DNA from: an uncultured Gemmatimonadales bacterium
GTDB taxonomy: Bacteria > Gemmatimonadota > Gemmatimonadetes > Gemmatimonadales > Gemmatimonadaceae
Reading direction: 5' to 3'
Length of the DNA stretch: 64,000 nucleotides
Assembly (NCBI GenBank): GCA_963731305.1
Contig: CAVSUQ010000011.1
Span: 11,670 to 75,669, forward strand
Both the position numbers and the translations under genes were made by a program. Positions 29,990 to 40,785 of the stretch are shown in pieces. The notes beneath the pieces are model-generated. The model was not told where the DNA came from and did no database searches. It was given only the letters and a program-made list of their open reading frames with translations. Position 1 is the stretch's first letter. Each line of letters starts with the position of its first letter.

Positions 29990-30594
29990 GTGGCAGTCTG
30001 CCTGTGGCTCACCGCGCACGGTACGAGCTGCCTTGAAGCCGTGGCGGTGGTGTTCGGAATAGTCAGCGTCTACCTCAGCACGCGCGAGAACATCTGGAGC
30101 TGGCCGACGGCTCTCATCAACGTTTCGCTCTTCACAGCACTCTTCCTCGAATCGGGTCTTTATTCGGATACGGGGTTGCAGGTCGTTTACTTCGTGCTTT
30201 CGGTGTACGGCTGGTACGAGTGGCTCTATGGAGGGGCAGGTCACACTTCGATAACCGTCTCCTCCACCACACGAAAAACGTGGATCGTGCTCGGCTGCAT
30301 CGGCGTCATCGCGTGGCTGATCCTCGCGACTGTCAGCTCGCACCTGCCGGGAACGAAGCTCCCCTATCTCGAGCCGCAACGACGACTATAAGCCTGCTCG
30401 CCCAGTGGATGATGACCCGCAAGCTGCTCGAGAACTGGATCGTGTGGATCGCGGTGGATGTCGTTTACGTCGGGATGTTCATCTAAAAAGGTCTGTATCT
30501 CACAGCGTTCAACTACGGCATCTACCTTGCTCTCGCGGTGCTCGGGTATATCGCATGGAAAAAGTCGCTCGCAGCGGCAACCTCATTCGCGTAG
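29990..30594 (+). pseudogene. pnuC: Nicotinamide riboside transporter PnuC, two frame changes (about 30370 and 30485)
   Basis: EAVAVVFGIVSVYLSTRENIWSWPTALINVSLFTALFLESGLYSDTGLQVVYFVLSVYGWYEW (ORF 29810-30391). Then TTTISLLAQWMMTRKLLENWIVWIAVDVVYVGMFI (ORF 30220-30486). Then KGLYLTAFNYGIYLALAVLGYIAWKKS, read by hand in the third frame. The start is uncertain (GTG 29990 or ATG 29967 with an extra shift). Confidence 0.7.
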
Positions 30595-31083
30595 TTCTCA
30601 CCGGCTCCGAATCGACCGGCAAGAGCGTGCTCGCGCGGCGGCTCGCCGAGCACTTCAGGGCCGAGCTTGCTCCGGAATTCGTGCGCGACTTCGCGATGCG
30701 CAAGGGAGCGCCGATCGAGTTCGAGGATACGGACGAGATCGCGCGCGGACAGATAGAGCTCGAAGATGAACACGCAGGACGTGCGGAGCTTGCTGATCCA
30801 GGACACCGATCTACTCAGCACAGTCGTGTACAGCGGCCACTATTACGGCCGCTGCCCCGAATGGATCGAGCGTGGCCCGCGCGCGCGACGGCCGGATCTC
30901 TATCTGCTGCTCGAGATCGACGTGCCCTGGGTTCCGGACGACGTGCGTGATCGTGAGAATCGGCGTGACGAGATGCAGCAGCTGTTCAGGACGGCGGTCG
31001 CGGAATCCGGAGCGCGGTACATCGTGATACGCGGATCGTGGAATGAACGCTTTGAGCGCGCGCGCCAGGCGATCGACAGCTGA
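30555..31083 (+). pseudogene. NadR-type ribosylnicotinamide kinase-like P-loop ATPase (AAA_28), one frame change near 30770
   Basis: IRVVLTGSESTGKSVLARRLAEHFRAELAPEFVRDF lies in ORF 30405-30950. It continues as LLIQDTDLLSTVVYSGHYYGRCPEWIE...DLYLLLEIDVPWVPDDVRD in ORF 30766-31083. Confidence 0.65.
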
Positions 31084-31148
31084 TCCAGGCCTGACGCGAC
31101 CGAGCACTGAGTTGCCCGACGCTCGCTCACACAGTCATTGTTAATCCC

Positions 31149-33251
31149 TCAGATCCCCAATTTCAGCGTCACAAATACGTTCGCCGGCGGAAGCACGAAG
31201 TAGTACGACGTTCCGTCGCTGGCATAGCCGCTGCCGTACTTCTTGCTGTTGGTGAGATTGTTGCCGCGAATCAGCAGCTCGTTCTGCCGAGAATCGCCAG
31301 CCGATCGAAGCGTCCATGTCGAAGGCATCCGGAAGCACGTAGCGGCGATCGTCGTTTCCCGAGAAACGAGACGCTCTGATACCGCCCTTCCACGGCGAGA
31401 TCGATCATCTCGTGGCCGCGAACTGCGCGCGCGCGAAGCTCAGGAAGCGCGGCGTGAGTAGCGGCTCGACGTTGTGATACGTGACGGGGACGGCCCGCTC
31501 GAATCGGTATATTCGCGAATCCGTTGACGCTCTCGGTCGCGTTGCCCGTGAGCAGCCATCGACGGATGCCACGATAGGTGACGTCGGCCTCGATCCCGCG
31601 CCGGTAGCTCGACGCGACGTTCCTGTTAGCTCGTAGCCGAGCTCGTCGAGCGCGCCGATAGGGGCGATCTCGTTGCGAAAGTCCATCGAGTACACGTTCG
31701 CCTGAACGTCGAGCAGCCTGCTCCTGTAGTTGGTGCCGATCTCGACGTCGTGCACGGTCTCCGGCTTGACCCGATTCGAGATCCGACGAACGCGACGTTC
31801 GACGTGTCGAGATTGTCGTAGCCCGCGAACATGTCGTTGCGCGTTGGCTCGCGCGACGTCTTGCCGTACGACGCGTACAGGGAGAGCGGCTGGTGAGCTG
31901 ATACGTCGCGCCGACCTTCGGATTGAGGAAGGACCACGAGATCGAGCTGCCGGAAATATCGGCGTGCACGTCGGGGAATGTAGCTGAACTCGGCGTGGCG
32001 ACCCTGCAGGTCGCCGAACAGAGTTGCGCGACCGATGACATATCCGACCTTGGCGAACGCAGCCTCGTCGCGCTTGCGCGATGTATTGAAGTAGATCGGA
32101 TCGTGCAGATCCGGGTGCATGAACGCATAGTGATCGCGTGCATACGTGATCACCGTTCGCGCCCACTGTGAGATTGAAGGCCGTTGCGATGATAGGTCCA
32201 TGCGCTCGTGAGCCCGTATGAGACGAAGTCGAGGTGGAACGTTTCGAGCGAGTCGAGCAGAACGTCGTCGCCGCCGGTCGCTGAGAGACGGTAGACAGTA
32301 GTTGCGAAACGACGAGTTGTTGTTGATGAGTCTGGTGTATGACAGCGCTCCCAATCGCTCGCCGAAGTCGTCGCGCTCCTGCGGAGTCAGGGGATTGATC
32401 CGGCGGTTGGTATCGAGTCTCCGCCACCGGAACCGCCAGGTACGCCATCGTGTCGGCCATGGCGCCCGACGTCGCGGTGAATTTCAGGATGTTGCGGTCG
32501 CCGAAGTAGCCGCCGCTCACGAATATCGATTTCCCCTCGACACCGGAGTGGTAGCGATAGCCGTCGGTGTGCAGCGCCGAGACTCGGGCGTAGAACGCCA
32601 GGTATCGTCCAGAACTCCGGTGTTGTAGTCAACGTTCGCGCGGCGCGATCCAAAGGAGCCGTCCTGGTACTTCGAGCTTCCACCGCGCGGCGCCGCGGCG
32701 AGCGACATAGTCTCGAGGTTGATGGAGCCGGCGTACGCGGCAGTACCGCTGCTGGTCGTACCCACACCGCGCTGCACCTGTACCGACTGCAGACTGTTGG
32801 CGAGGTCCGGAAAATCGGCGAAGTACAGGACCTGATCTTCGGGGTCGTTGAGCGGTATTCCGTCGAGCGTGATGTTGATGCGCGACTGGTCGAGCCCTCT
32901 CAACCTTATATAGCTGTAGCCCCAGTAATTGCCGGTCTCGGCGTACGACGTGAGCGACGGTGTGCTCCCTGGAAGCACGAGCGGTATGTCCTGCCCGAAA
33001 TATGTTCCTCGGATCTGCGTGTTGCGAGAGCGTCTTCTGCGATATCGGCGCTCGACGGGATCGCGGACCGCCGAAATCATGACGCCCCTCGAGCTTGCGC
33101 GCAGTCGAATCGGTGCGCGAGGTCGTGTCGGTTGTTGTATTGTCTGGCCGTCGATCGAGCTGGTGGGGATCGCTGCGGGAGTGCCACGCAGAAGGACGCC
33201 GCAAGTGCGAGCTCGACACGCACCGCGTGCAGGTGGTGCAGCTTCGTTCAT
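31149..33251 (-). pseudogene. TonB-dependent receptor (thiamine-related by riboswitch context), at least 5 frame changes
   Basis: The plug/barrel start YSYIRLRGLDQSRINITLDGIPLNDPEDQVLYFADFPDLANSLQSVQVQRGVGTTSSGTAAYAGSINLET is in ORF 32517-33251. Barrel pieces are spread over ORFs 31271-32143, 31405-32520 and 31626-32354. The C-terminus ...YYFVLPPANVFVTLKLGI-stop was read by hand (stop at 31149-31151). Confidence 0.8.
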
Positions 33252-33254
33252 CTC

Positions 33255-33345
33255 AATGACTCCCTACGCCGGTACAAGCCGGATCAGGTTCTACGGGACT
33301 CTCTCAGCCTGCTCCCCTTGTGGGACAGGCACCCCGGTCACCGGA
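33255..33345 (-). promoter_or_regulatory. TPP (THI-box) riboswitch in the leader of the TonB-dependent receptor
   Basis: The minus strand reads GACCGGGGUGCCUGUCCCACAAGGGGAGCAGGCUGAGAGAGUCCCGUAGAACCUGAUCCGGCUUGUACCGGCGUAGGGAGUC. This matches the conserved GGGGUGC...CUGAGA...ACCUGAUCyGGnUnAUnCCnGCGUAGGGA core, compared with the E. coli thiM element from memory. Confidence 0.9.
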
Positions 33346-33385
33346 TGAATTTATTCGAGGTGTGAAGCGCCAAGTGGCGCCACGT

Positions 33386-35269
<1,884 letters not shown>

Positions 35270-35372
35270 GCGTCCGTCCCATTTGCGAAATGGGCAGAGC
35301 TCGAAGCGGCGGTCCACACGCTGTTTCGACAGTGCCTGTGAGACAGTTTAGAGTGCCGGGCGATCGGCCGAA

Positions 35373-35388
35373 GTGACTCATGTCACGT
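35373..35388. promoter_or_regulatory. CRP/FNR-type box candidate AGTGA-N6-TCACG upstream of ctaD
   Basis: agtgactcatgtcacg lies about 105-120 nt upstream of the ctaD start (35269). It is next to or overlapping the 3' end of the Crp/Fnr gene. Confidence 0.25.
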
Positions 35389-35399
35389 TTCGCAAGTGA

Positions 35400-36209
35400 T
35401 TATCTTCCCTGTGCGCGCGATCGAAGCTTTGCGACATCTGGGATCCGCATGCGCCCATGCTGAAATAGATTCCAGCAACTCGCTGCGCTTGAGCTGTCGC
35501 ATCGCGCGCGAAACTGACTCTCTGGCGCTCCCGATCTCGAGCGACAACTCCTCCTGTGTACGATCCAACCTGAGCTCGATCCCAAACGGAGTATTGATGC
35601 CGGATTGCTCGGCGTACCCGACAAGCAACATCGCGAGCCGCGCGGCGACATCGTGAAAGGCGAGCGTTTCAGTGACGTGCACAAGATGACGAAGACGCTT
35701 GCCGAGCACGCGAATTATCGCGTGCGCAACGTCGGGATGCGCACGATACACTACCTCGAAATCATCGCGCGCAAGAAAGATGAATCGCGAAGGCTCGACG
35801 GCACCGCGGACGCGGGATATACGCCACCGTCGAACAGCGGAAGCTCAGCGATCGGGCGTCCAGCACCCTCGATGTGAAGCACCTGCTCCTTGCCATCAGG
35901 ACTCGTGCGATAGATGCGAACACTTCCAGGGATTGGATCACATAGAGTCCGCGACATGTATCGCCAAGCAGAAAACAGCACGCTTCCGGTGCCGAAATCA
36001 CGTGCAACACAGCGGCATGCGAGTGGATGAATGACACCATCGTCCAGCTCGGAGAAGATCGCTATCTGTCGAAGCAATTCGCCGACCTCTGCGGAGAGTT
36101 TATCAGCGAACTCCGCGGTATCATGGAGAACCGATTCTGAGGGGTGACTAAGAGGGGACGTCACCGCGGGAAACTGTCGAGAATGCTGTCCGAACGGTGT
36201 CACGTGCAT
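35400..36209 (-). pseudogene. Crp/Fnr-family transcriptional regulator, at least 4 frame changes
   Basis: cNMP-binding pieces: IAIFSELDDGVIHPLACRCVARDFGTGSVLF, LLGDTCRGLYVIQS, GSVRIYRTSPDGKEQVLHIEGAGRPIAELPLFDGGVYPASA. HTH piece: RLDRTQEELSLEIGSARESVSRAMRQLKRSELLE. Tail: GRMRIPDVAKLRSRA. These occur in ORFs 35751-36269, 35762-36040, 35383-35751 and 35400-35684. Confidence 0.75.
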
Positions 36210-36234
36210 CGCTGGATGCGACGATGATCGATTG

Positions 36235-36898
36235 CTAATCGAACAGCCGCGAGTGCTCGATGCAACCATCGCCGACGCATGGAAGCGGCGAGACCGACAC
36301 TATTCTGCGGTTACGAATCTTCGCCATGCTGATGGGCGTACGTAAGCGGCTACCGTTGGCAAGCATCATCGTCGGAGTTCCACGAACGCGATATTGTTCG
36401 CGGCCAATCCTGGCTTCGTCGACAACAGCAGCGCGCGCAGCGGCACTTGCGAAGTCGCGCTCGAATCGGGCGAAGTCGACGTCAGTGGTACGAGCCAGCT
36501 CCAGCAACACGTCGCTGTCACCGATGTTGCGGCTCTCCCCAAAGAACGCGCGCCGTATTGCCAGATCGAGATTCATTGCGGCATTCATTCCCTGCTGCCG
36601 TGCTGCCCATACCGCTTCGAACGCCGGAAGCGTGGACATCGACCAGTTAGCGTATATGGAATGAACGACGCGGATAACTCATTAATGGAAGCGAGCCACC
36701 ATTCCTGCTCCAGGACATCACGTGGGGCGCCTCTCCATTGAAAAGCTCCAGCGGGAAGAAGCGCGTGTACGCCAGCACGCGACCGGCGTATTTAGACAGA
36801 ACGCGGTGCATGCGGGAAGCCATGACATAACACCAGGGACAGTAGTATTCAGCCCATTCCCACAATTCCGCGACCGATGGACCACTCATTGTTCGCAA
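36235..36898 (-). pseudogene. DsbA-family (FrnE/HCCA isomerase-like) thioredoxin-fold oxidoreductase, about 2 frame changes
   Basis: The N-terminus with the CxxC motif (WAEYYCPWCYVMASRMHRVL) is in ORF 36647-36898. The C-terminal part (AVWAARQQGMNAAMNLDLAIRRAFFGESRNIGDSDVLLELA...YRVRGTPTMML) is in ORF 36235-36639. Confidence 0.7.
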
Positions 36899-37017
36899 CC
36901 TCCCGTCGCTCTGCTAGCAAGGCTTTGCTCGCTCGGAACCATGCCTCCAAACTGTGACAATCGTCACGTTCGCAGATGTGGCCGAGTACGATTTTTCAAT
37001 CTAGCGATGAAAATACA

Positions 37018-37322
37018 TGACACCAATTGAGCTGACATCTGGAATGCGCTTCGTACGGTGATCGATCCGGAAATTGGCCTCGATATAGTGACGTTGGGGC
37101 TAGTATATGATGTCGTTCGTTTGACGGCGATTCACGAGCTAATGGGCAAGATTGTGCGTGTCACACACACGCTAACGACGCCAGGATGTCCTATGGAGCG
37201 CGTGATAACATCTGGTATTCGAGCAGCAGTGGGCTCGTGTTCCGGGCGTTGCAGCGGTCGGAGACGAACCTGGTGTGGGATCCTATATGGCATTCGGGGA
37301 TGATTACACCAGGAGCATGGTG
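37018..37322 (+). pseudogene. DUF59 (SufT/PaaD-like Fe-S assembly) protein, two frame changes
   Basis: ATG 37018 (MTPIEL..), then [27 protein letters not shown]...[11 protein letters not shown] in ORF 37058-37303. The tail [21 protein letters not shown]-stop was read by hand in a third frame. Confidence 0.65.
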
Positions 37323-37565
37323 AAGCTGGTTATCGAACTTAGTTTCTCGAGGCTGACAGCACTTCACGCAGTCGAGCGTCTTGCCCAGAAACATCGCGCG
37401 GCCGGTTTCCGTGATCACCCATGGACGCACCTGCCATGGTGGGTCGTGGCGAACGTGCTGCGTGTGACCGCACTCGAGGTCCGCGACCCAGTGCTGCTCT
37501 TCATCCTGATGGAAGCCGACGATCCTCCTGGGAATCGCCGACCCCGCGCTTGCATCTCGCTGCAT
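37191..37565 (-). CDS. DUF3565 domain-containing protein, immediately downstream of nirK
   Basis: [53 protein letters not shown] matches the DUF3565 signature as I recall it. The long C-terminal tail overlaps the convergent DUF59 gene, so the 3' end is uncertain. Confidence 0.6.
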   Translation of the reverse strand: MQRDASAGSAIPRRIVGFHQDEEQHWVADLECGHTQHVRHDPPWQVRPWVITETGRAMFLGKTLDCVKCCQPRETKFDNQLHHAPGVIIPECHIGSHTRFVSDRCNARNTSPLLLEYQMLSRAP

Positions 37566-37584
37566 ATCGGGCCGCTGCGTCGCG

Positions 37585-38604
37585 TTAGTGTGACATCGTT
37601 GGAAACTGCCTGGGTGTTCCGACCTGAATCATCCCCACCGCACCCTTCTCCGCATCGGCAAAGGAATGAGTGACGAATGGATAGAGGCCCTCGCCGCTCG
37701 CGTCCTTGTTGAAGACGGCCTCGAACACCACACCACCGCCTGCCGGTACCGGATAGGTCTGCACGCCTTCGAGTGCGTGCTCCGGGTTGCCGTCCGGGTA
37801 AACGCGGTCGAACATGGCGCCGACGATGTGAAAATCGCTGTCGAAATTCGGGCCTGCGTTGACGACGTAGAAGCGCACGCGATCCCCCACTGCAACCTTG
37901 AGCGGGTGCTCCTTGTACTGTCCGGCGCGCCCGTTGAAAACGACGTAGCTGGCGTTCTTGGCCTGCTCGGACGGCCAATCTGCCTGAACCATGGTGCTGT
38001 CGGAAGTCGGCTTGGTGTAGAACTCACTCTGCACGATTACAAATTCCTTGTCCGCCTTGGTGCCCCATCCGCCTCTCGGATCGACGATGATCGGAAGATA
38101 CATTCCCTGCATTATGTGCATGGTAACCGGCGGAGTGCCGCAGTGAACCATGAATGCGCCCGGCTCGCGGGCGATGAACTCGAAAGCTACGGAATCCTTT
38201 GGCATGATCATGCGATACGCCACATTCGCCGGAATCTGAGCTGCATGAAAGTCAATCGAATGCGGCATATCAGCCTCGTTCACCACGTTGATGCGAACGT
38301 GATCACCCTCTCGCACGTGTATCACTGGACCGGGAACGGTTCCGCCAAAGGTCCATCCCTGGTACTTGACTCCGTCTGCGATCTCGATCGTAGCATTCTT
38401 GATCGGGATGCGAAACTCCTTGACGCCAGCGTCTGACATCTCGGGGAGTGTTGCGTCGTAGGCCGGGCTTGTCGACGTAATGACCTTGCCGAAATCGATG
38501 CGTGATACTTTATGTGAGCGAATCGCGTTGTCGGTGAAGCCCAGTACCGCAGCCGTGAGTACACCGGTAATCGCGAGTCCCGTCAGAATTTGAGTGCGTT
38601 TCAT
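37585..38604 (-). CDS. nirK: Copper-containing nitrite reductase NirK (two-cupredoxin-domain), intact
   Basis: 339 aa with an N-terminal hydrophobic signal/anchor. Copper-ligand regions MPHSIDFHAAQ and FMVHCGTPPVTMHIMQGM, and domain II FHIVGAMFDRVY...VPAGGG...FVTHSF. Confidence 0.85.
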   Translation of the reverse strand: MKRTQILTGLAITGVLTAAVLGFTDNAIRSHKVSRIDFGKVITSTSPAYDATLPEMSDAGVKEFRIPIKNATIEIADGVKYQGWTFGGTVPGPVIHVREGDHVRINVVNEADMPHSIDFHAAQIPANVAYRMIMPKDSVAFEFIAREPGAFMVHCGTPPVTMHIMQGMYLPIIVDPRGGWGTKADKEFVIVQSEFYTKPTSDSTMVQADWPSEQAKNASYVVFNGRAGQYKEHPLKVAVGDRVRFYVVNAGPNFDSDFHIVGAMFDRVYPDGNPEHALEGVQTYPVPAGGGVVFEAVFNKDASGEGLYPFVTHSFADAEKGAVGMIQVGTPRQFPTMSH

Positions 38605-38754
38605 TGTTCTCTCCAGAATGTGCGAGCGATGAATTCGTGTGTGGTTTCATCTGTCTCGCGTGTTACATCTGGAACGTAGATCTCCCGGGGCGTCCGGTCT
38701 GTCGGGGTAACGTTGAAATTTGTATTCCTCGGAAGGGGAAATCACCGTCTCCCC

Positions 38755-38773
38755 GGTAGGGGAATCCCCTACC
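38755..38773. promoter_or_regulatory. Palindromic operator candidate GGTAGGGG-AAT-CCCCTACC between nirK and the divergent sensor kinase gene
   Basis: Perfect 19-bp palindrome whose core TAGGGG-N3-CCCCTA is identical to the site at 20416-20430. It lies about 150-170 nt upstream of the nirK start. Confidence 0.45.
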
Positions 38774-38829
38774 ACGTTCACGGGCCCTCCCCGACTCTCC
38801 GGAGCCCGCGTCACAGGTACCTTTGATCC

Positions 38830-40092
38830 ATGAGCGCGCGTAGGGACCACGAAAGTAGGAAGGGATGCCAGATCCGGGTCTGGCAGTCTGGGGCCACAGG
38901 CGCTGTTGACCAGGCTCGAGCGCGGCATGCCGGTGAAACAACGTGTATCCACCCGTCGCGACGACGCCATCCCGCCCTCGTCTATGAAGCCGGCGCGGCA
39001 GACAGGGTCGATACGCGCGTGCCGGTGTGGGTCGAGCAACTCTTGAGGACGCCGCTCCCACTGAAGCTTGTCGGAGCAAATGTTCTGCTACTGGTGGCCG
39101 CGGCAGCTACCGCGCTCATCATGCGCCAGTGGGAGCTGAGCACCGCTCCTGTTCTGGCCGTCGTGATAGTCGCCTTTGTTGCAGCGCTCCTGATCAACAC
39201 GGGACTGGTGATGCTGGCGGTGCGTCCGATCCACGTACTCGAGAACACGGTGAACACGATCTGGCGCGGCGACCTTGGTGCCCGTGTGCCCGTATCACTT
39301 CTGGCGGATCGGCACGTCGCGCGCGTCGCGCGCATGTTCAACATTCTGCTCGACGGACTCGTTGCCGATCGCGCGCGAACGCGGCGGCTTGCAACGGAGT
39401 TGATCGGAGCCGCCGACAGGGAGCGCGCGGCCATCGCTCGTGAGCTGCACGACTCTGCAGCCCAATCCCTTGCCGCGCTCGTGATGCAACTGGGCGTCGC
39501 GTCGCGAGCGGACGACGATACACCACGTGAAGCGCTACAGGAGAGAATCGAGGCCGCACGGTTGCTCGCAACGTCCACGCTGGAGGAGGTGCGATTGCTG
39601 GCGCACACAATGCATCCACGTGTGCTCGACGATCTCGGTCTGGTCGCCGCACTCCGGCGACTCGCGCGCGAAACCACCAACCATCTCGCTGGCTCAACAG
39701 TATCCAGCGACAACGAAGTGCTCGTCGAGGTTATTGCAACCGAAGGCAGCGACGAGACCATCCCAGCGGTTCCGGCGTCGGTGTTGTATCGTGTCGCACA
39801 GGAGGCGGTAAGCAACGCGCGCCGCCATGCGTCAGCGACACGTATCGAGATCCGGCTTCAGGTTACTGCCGGCATCGCGATGTTGGAGGTGGTCGACGAT
39901 GGTTCGGGCTTCGACGCCAGGACAGCACCCGACGCGCAAGCGGGTATCGGCCTCTTCACCATGCGCGAGCGAGTGGCGTTGGTCGACGGCGAGTTTCAGA
40001 TCCGTAGTGAGGCAGGTGTTGGAACGTCGGTTACGGCTTCTGTTCCGCTGCGCGCAATACCATCCAACCCTCGAGACGGACAACGCATATGA
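38830..40092 (+). CDS. Membrane sensor histidine kinase, HAMP + HisKA_3 (NarX/DegS-type)
   Basis: TM segments, a HAMP-like region, H-box ERAAIARELHDSAAQSL, and ATPase boxes EAVSNARRHA, DDGSGFD, GIGLFTMRERVALVDG. The start codon is uncertain (the ORF start at 38830 may be too far upstream). Confidence 0.8.
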   Translation: MSARRDHESRKGCQIRVWQSGATGAVDQARARHAGETTCIHPSRRRHPALVYEAGAADRVDTRVPVWVEQLLRTPLPLKLVGANVLLLVAAAATALIMRQWELSTAPVLAVVIVAFVAALLINTGLVMLAVRPIHVLENTVNTIWRGDLGARVPVSLLADRHVARVARMFNILLDGLVADRARTRRLATELIGAADRERAAIARELHDSAAQSLAALVMQLGVASRADDDTPREALQERIEAARLLATSTLEEVRLLAHTMHPRVLDDLGLVAALRRLARETTNHLAGSTVSSDNEVLVEVIATEGSDETIPAVPASVLYRVAQEAVSNARRHASATRIEIRLQVTAGIAMLEVVDDGSGFDARTAPDAQAGIGLFTMRERVALVDGEFQIRSEAGVGTSVTASVPLRAIPSNPRDGQRI

Positions 40093-40760
40093 CGGCAGAG
40101 CAGATTCGTGTGGTTCTCGCTGACGACCATGCGGTCGTGCGTGCCGGCCTCAAGGCTGTCCTCGGCGCTTCTGCCGGTATAGAAGTAGTCGGCGAAGCAT
40201 CCGACGGCGCCGCGGCGATCGAGCTTGCGGAGCGACTGGATCCCGATGTTGTGATAATGGACCTGTCGATGGCGCAGATGGACGGTACGGCCGCAACGCG
40301 CGCGATCGTGGCGAAGCATCTACGCGCGCGCGTGCTCGTGCTCACGATGCACGCGGAAGAAGATTATCTTCTCCCGGTACTGGAAGCCGGTGCTGCGGGA
40401 TATCTCATGAAGAACGCAGCCGATCGCGAGCTGGTGGACGCCGTGCGAACGGTGGCGCGTGGTGACATGTACATCCGATCGAGCGCGGCAAAAATTCTGA
40501 CTCAGAGAGTAACGAAGAAAGATCCACTCGACGCAGAGCGTGCACGTTTCGAGCGGCTGACCGATCGAGAGCAGAACGTTCTCAGACTTACCGCCCAGGG
40601 TTACTCGGCGCCGGAGATCGGCGAGCGATTGTTCATCAGCCCCAAGACGGTCGACACCTACAAGCAGCGCATCGGCGACAAGCTGGGACTGACACATCGG
40701 GCGGAGTACATAGCGTTCGCTTTGAAGCTTGGTTTACTTCAGGAAGAGAAGGGCAAGTAG
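40089..40760 (+). CDS. NarL/LuxR-family response regulator
   Basis: REC domain (VVLADDHAVVRAGLKAVL...DVVIMDLSMAQMDG) plus LuxR HTH (LTDREQNVLRLTAQGYSAPEIGERLFISPKTVDTYKQRI). 4-nt overlap with the kinase stop. Confidence 0.9.
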   Translation: MTAEQIRVVLADDHAVVRAGLKAVLGASAGIEVVGEASDGAAAIELAERLDPDVVIMDLSMAQMDGTAATRAIVAKHLRARVLVLTMHAEEDYLLPVLEAGAAGYLMKNAADRELVDAVRTVARGDMYIRSSAAKILTQRVTKKDPLDAERARFERLTDREQNVLRLTAQGYSAPEIGERLFISPKTVDTYKQRIGDKLGLTHRAEYIAFALKLGLLQEEKGK

Positions 40761-40785
40761 GCCCGCCCGGCCCCGGCCCAATCCA

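Noticed and set aside
36125-36160. Direct repeat gaggggtgac ... gaggggacgtcac that looked like a regulatory element.
   Set aside because: It falls within the N-terminal coding region of the Crp/Fnr gene. It is not palindromic and does not recur in the window.
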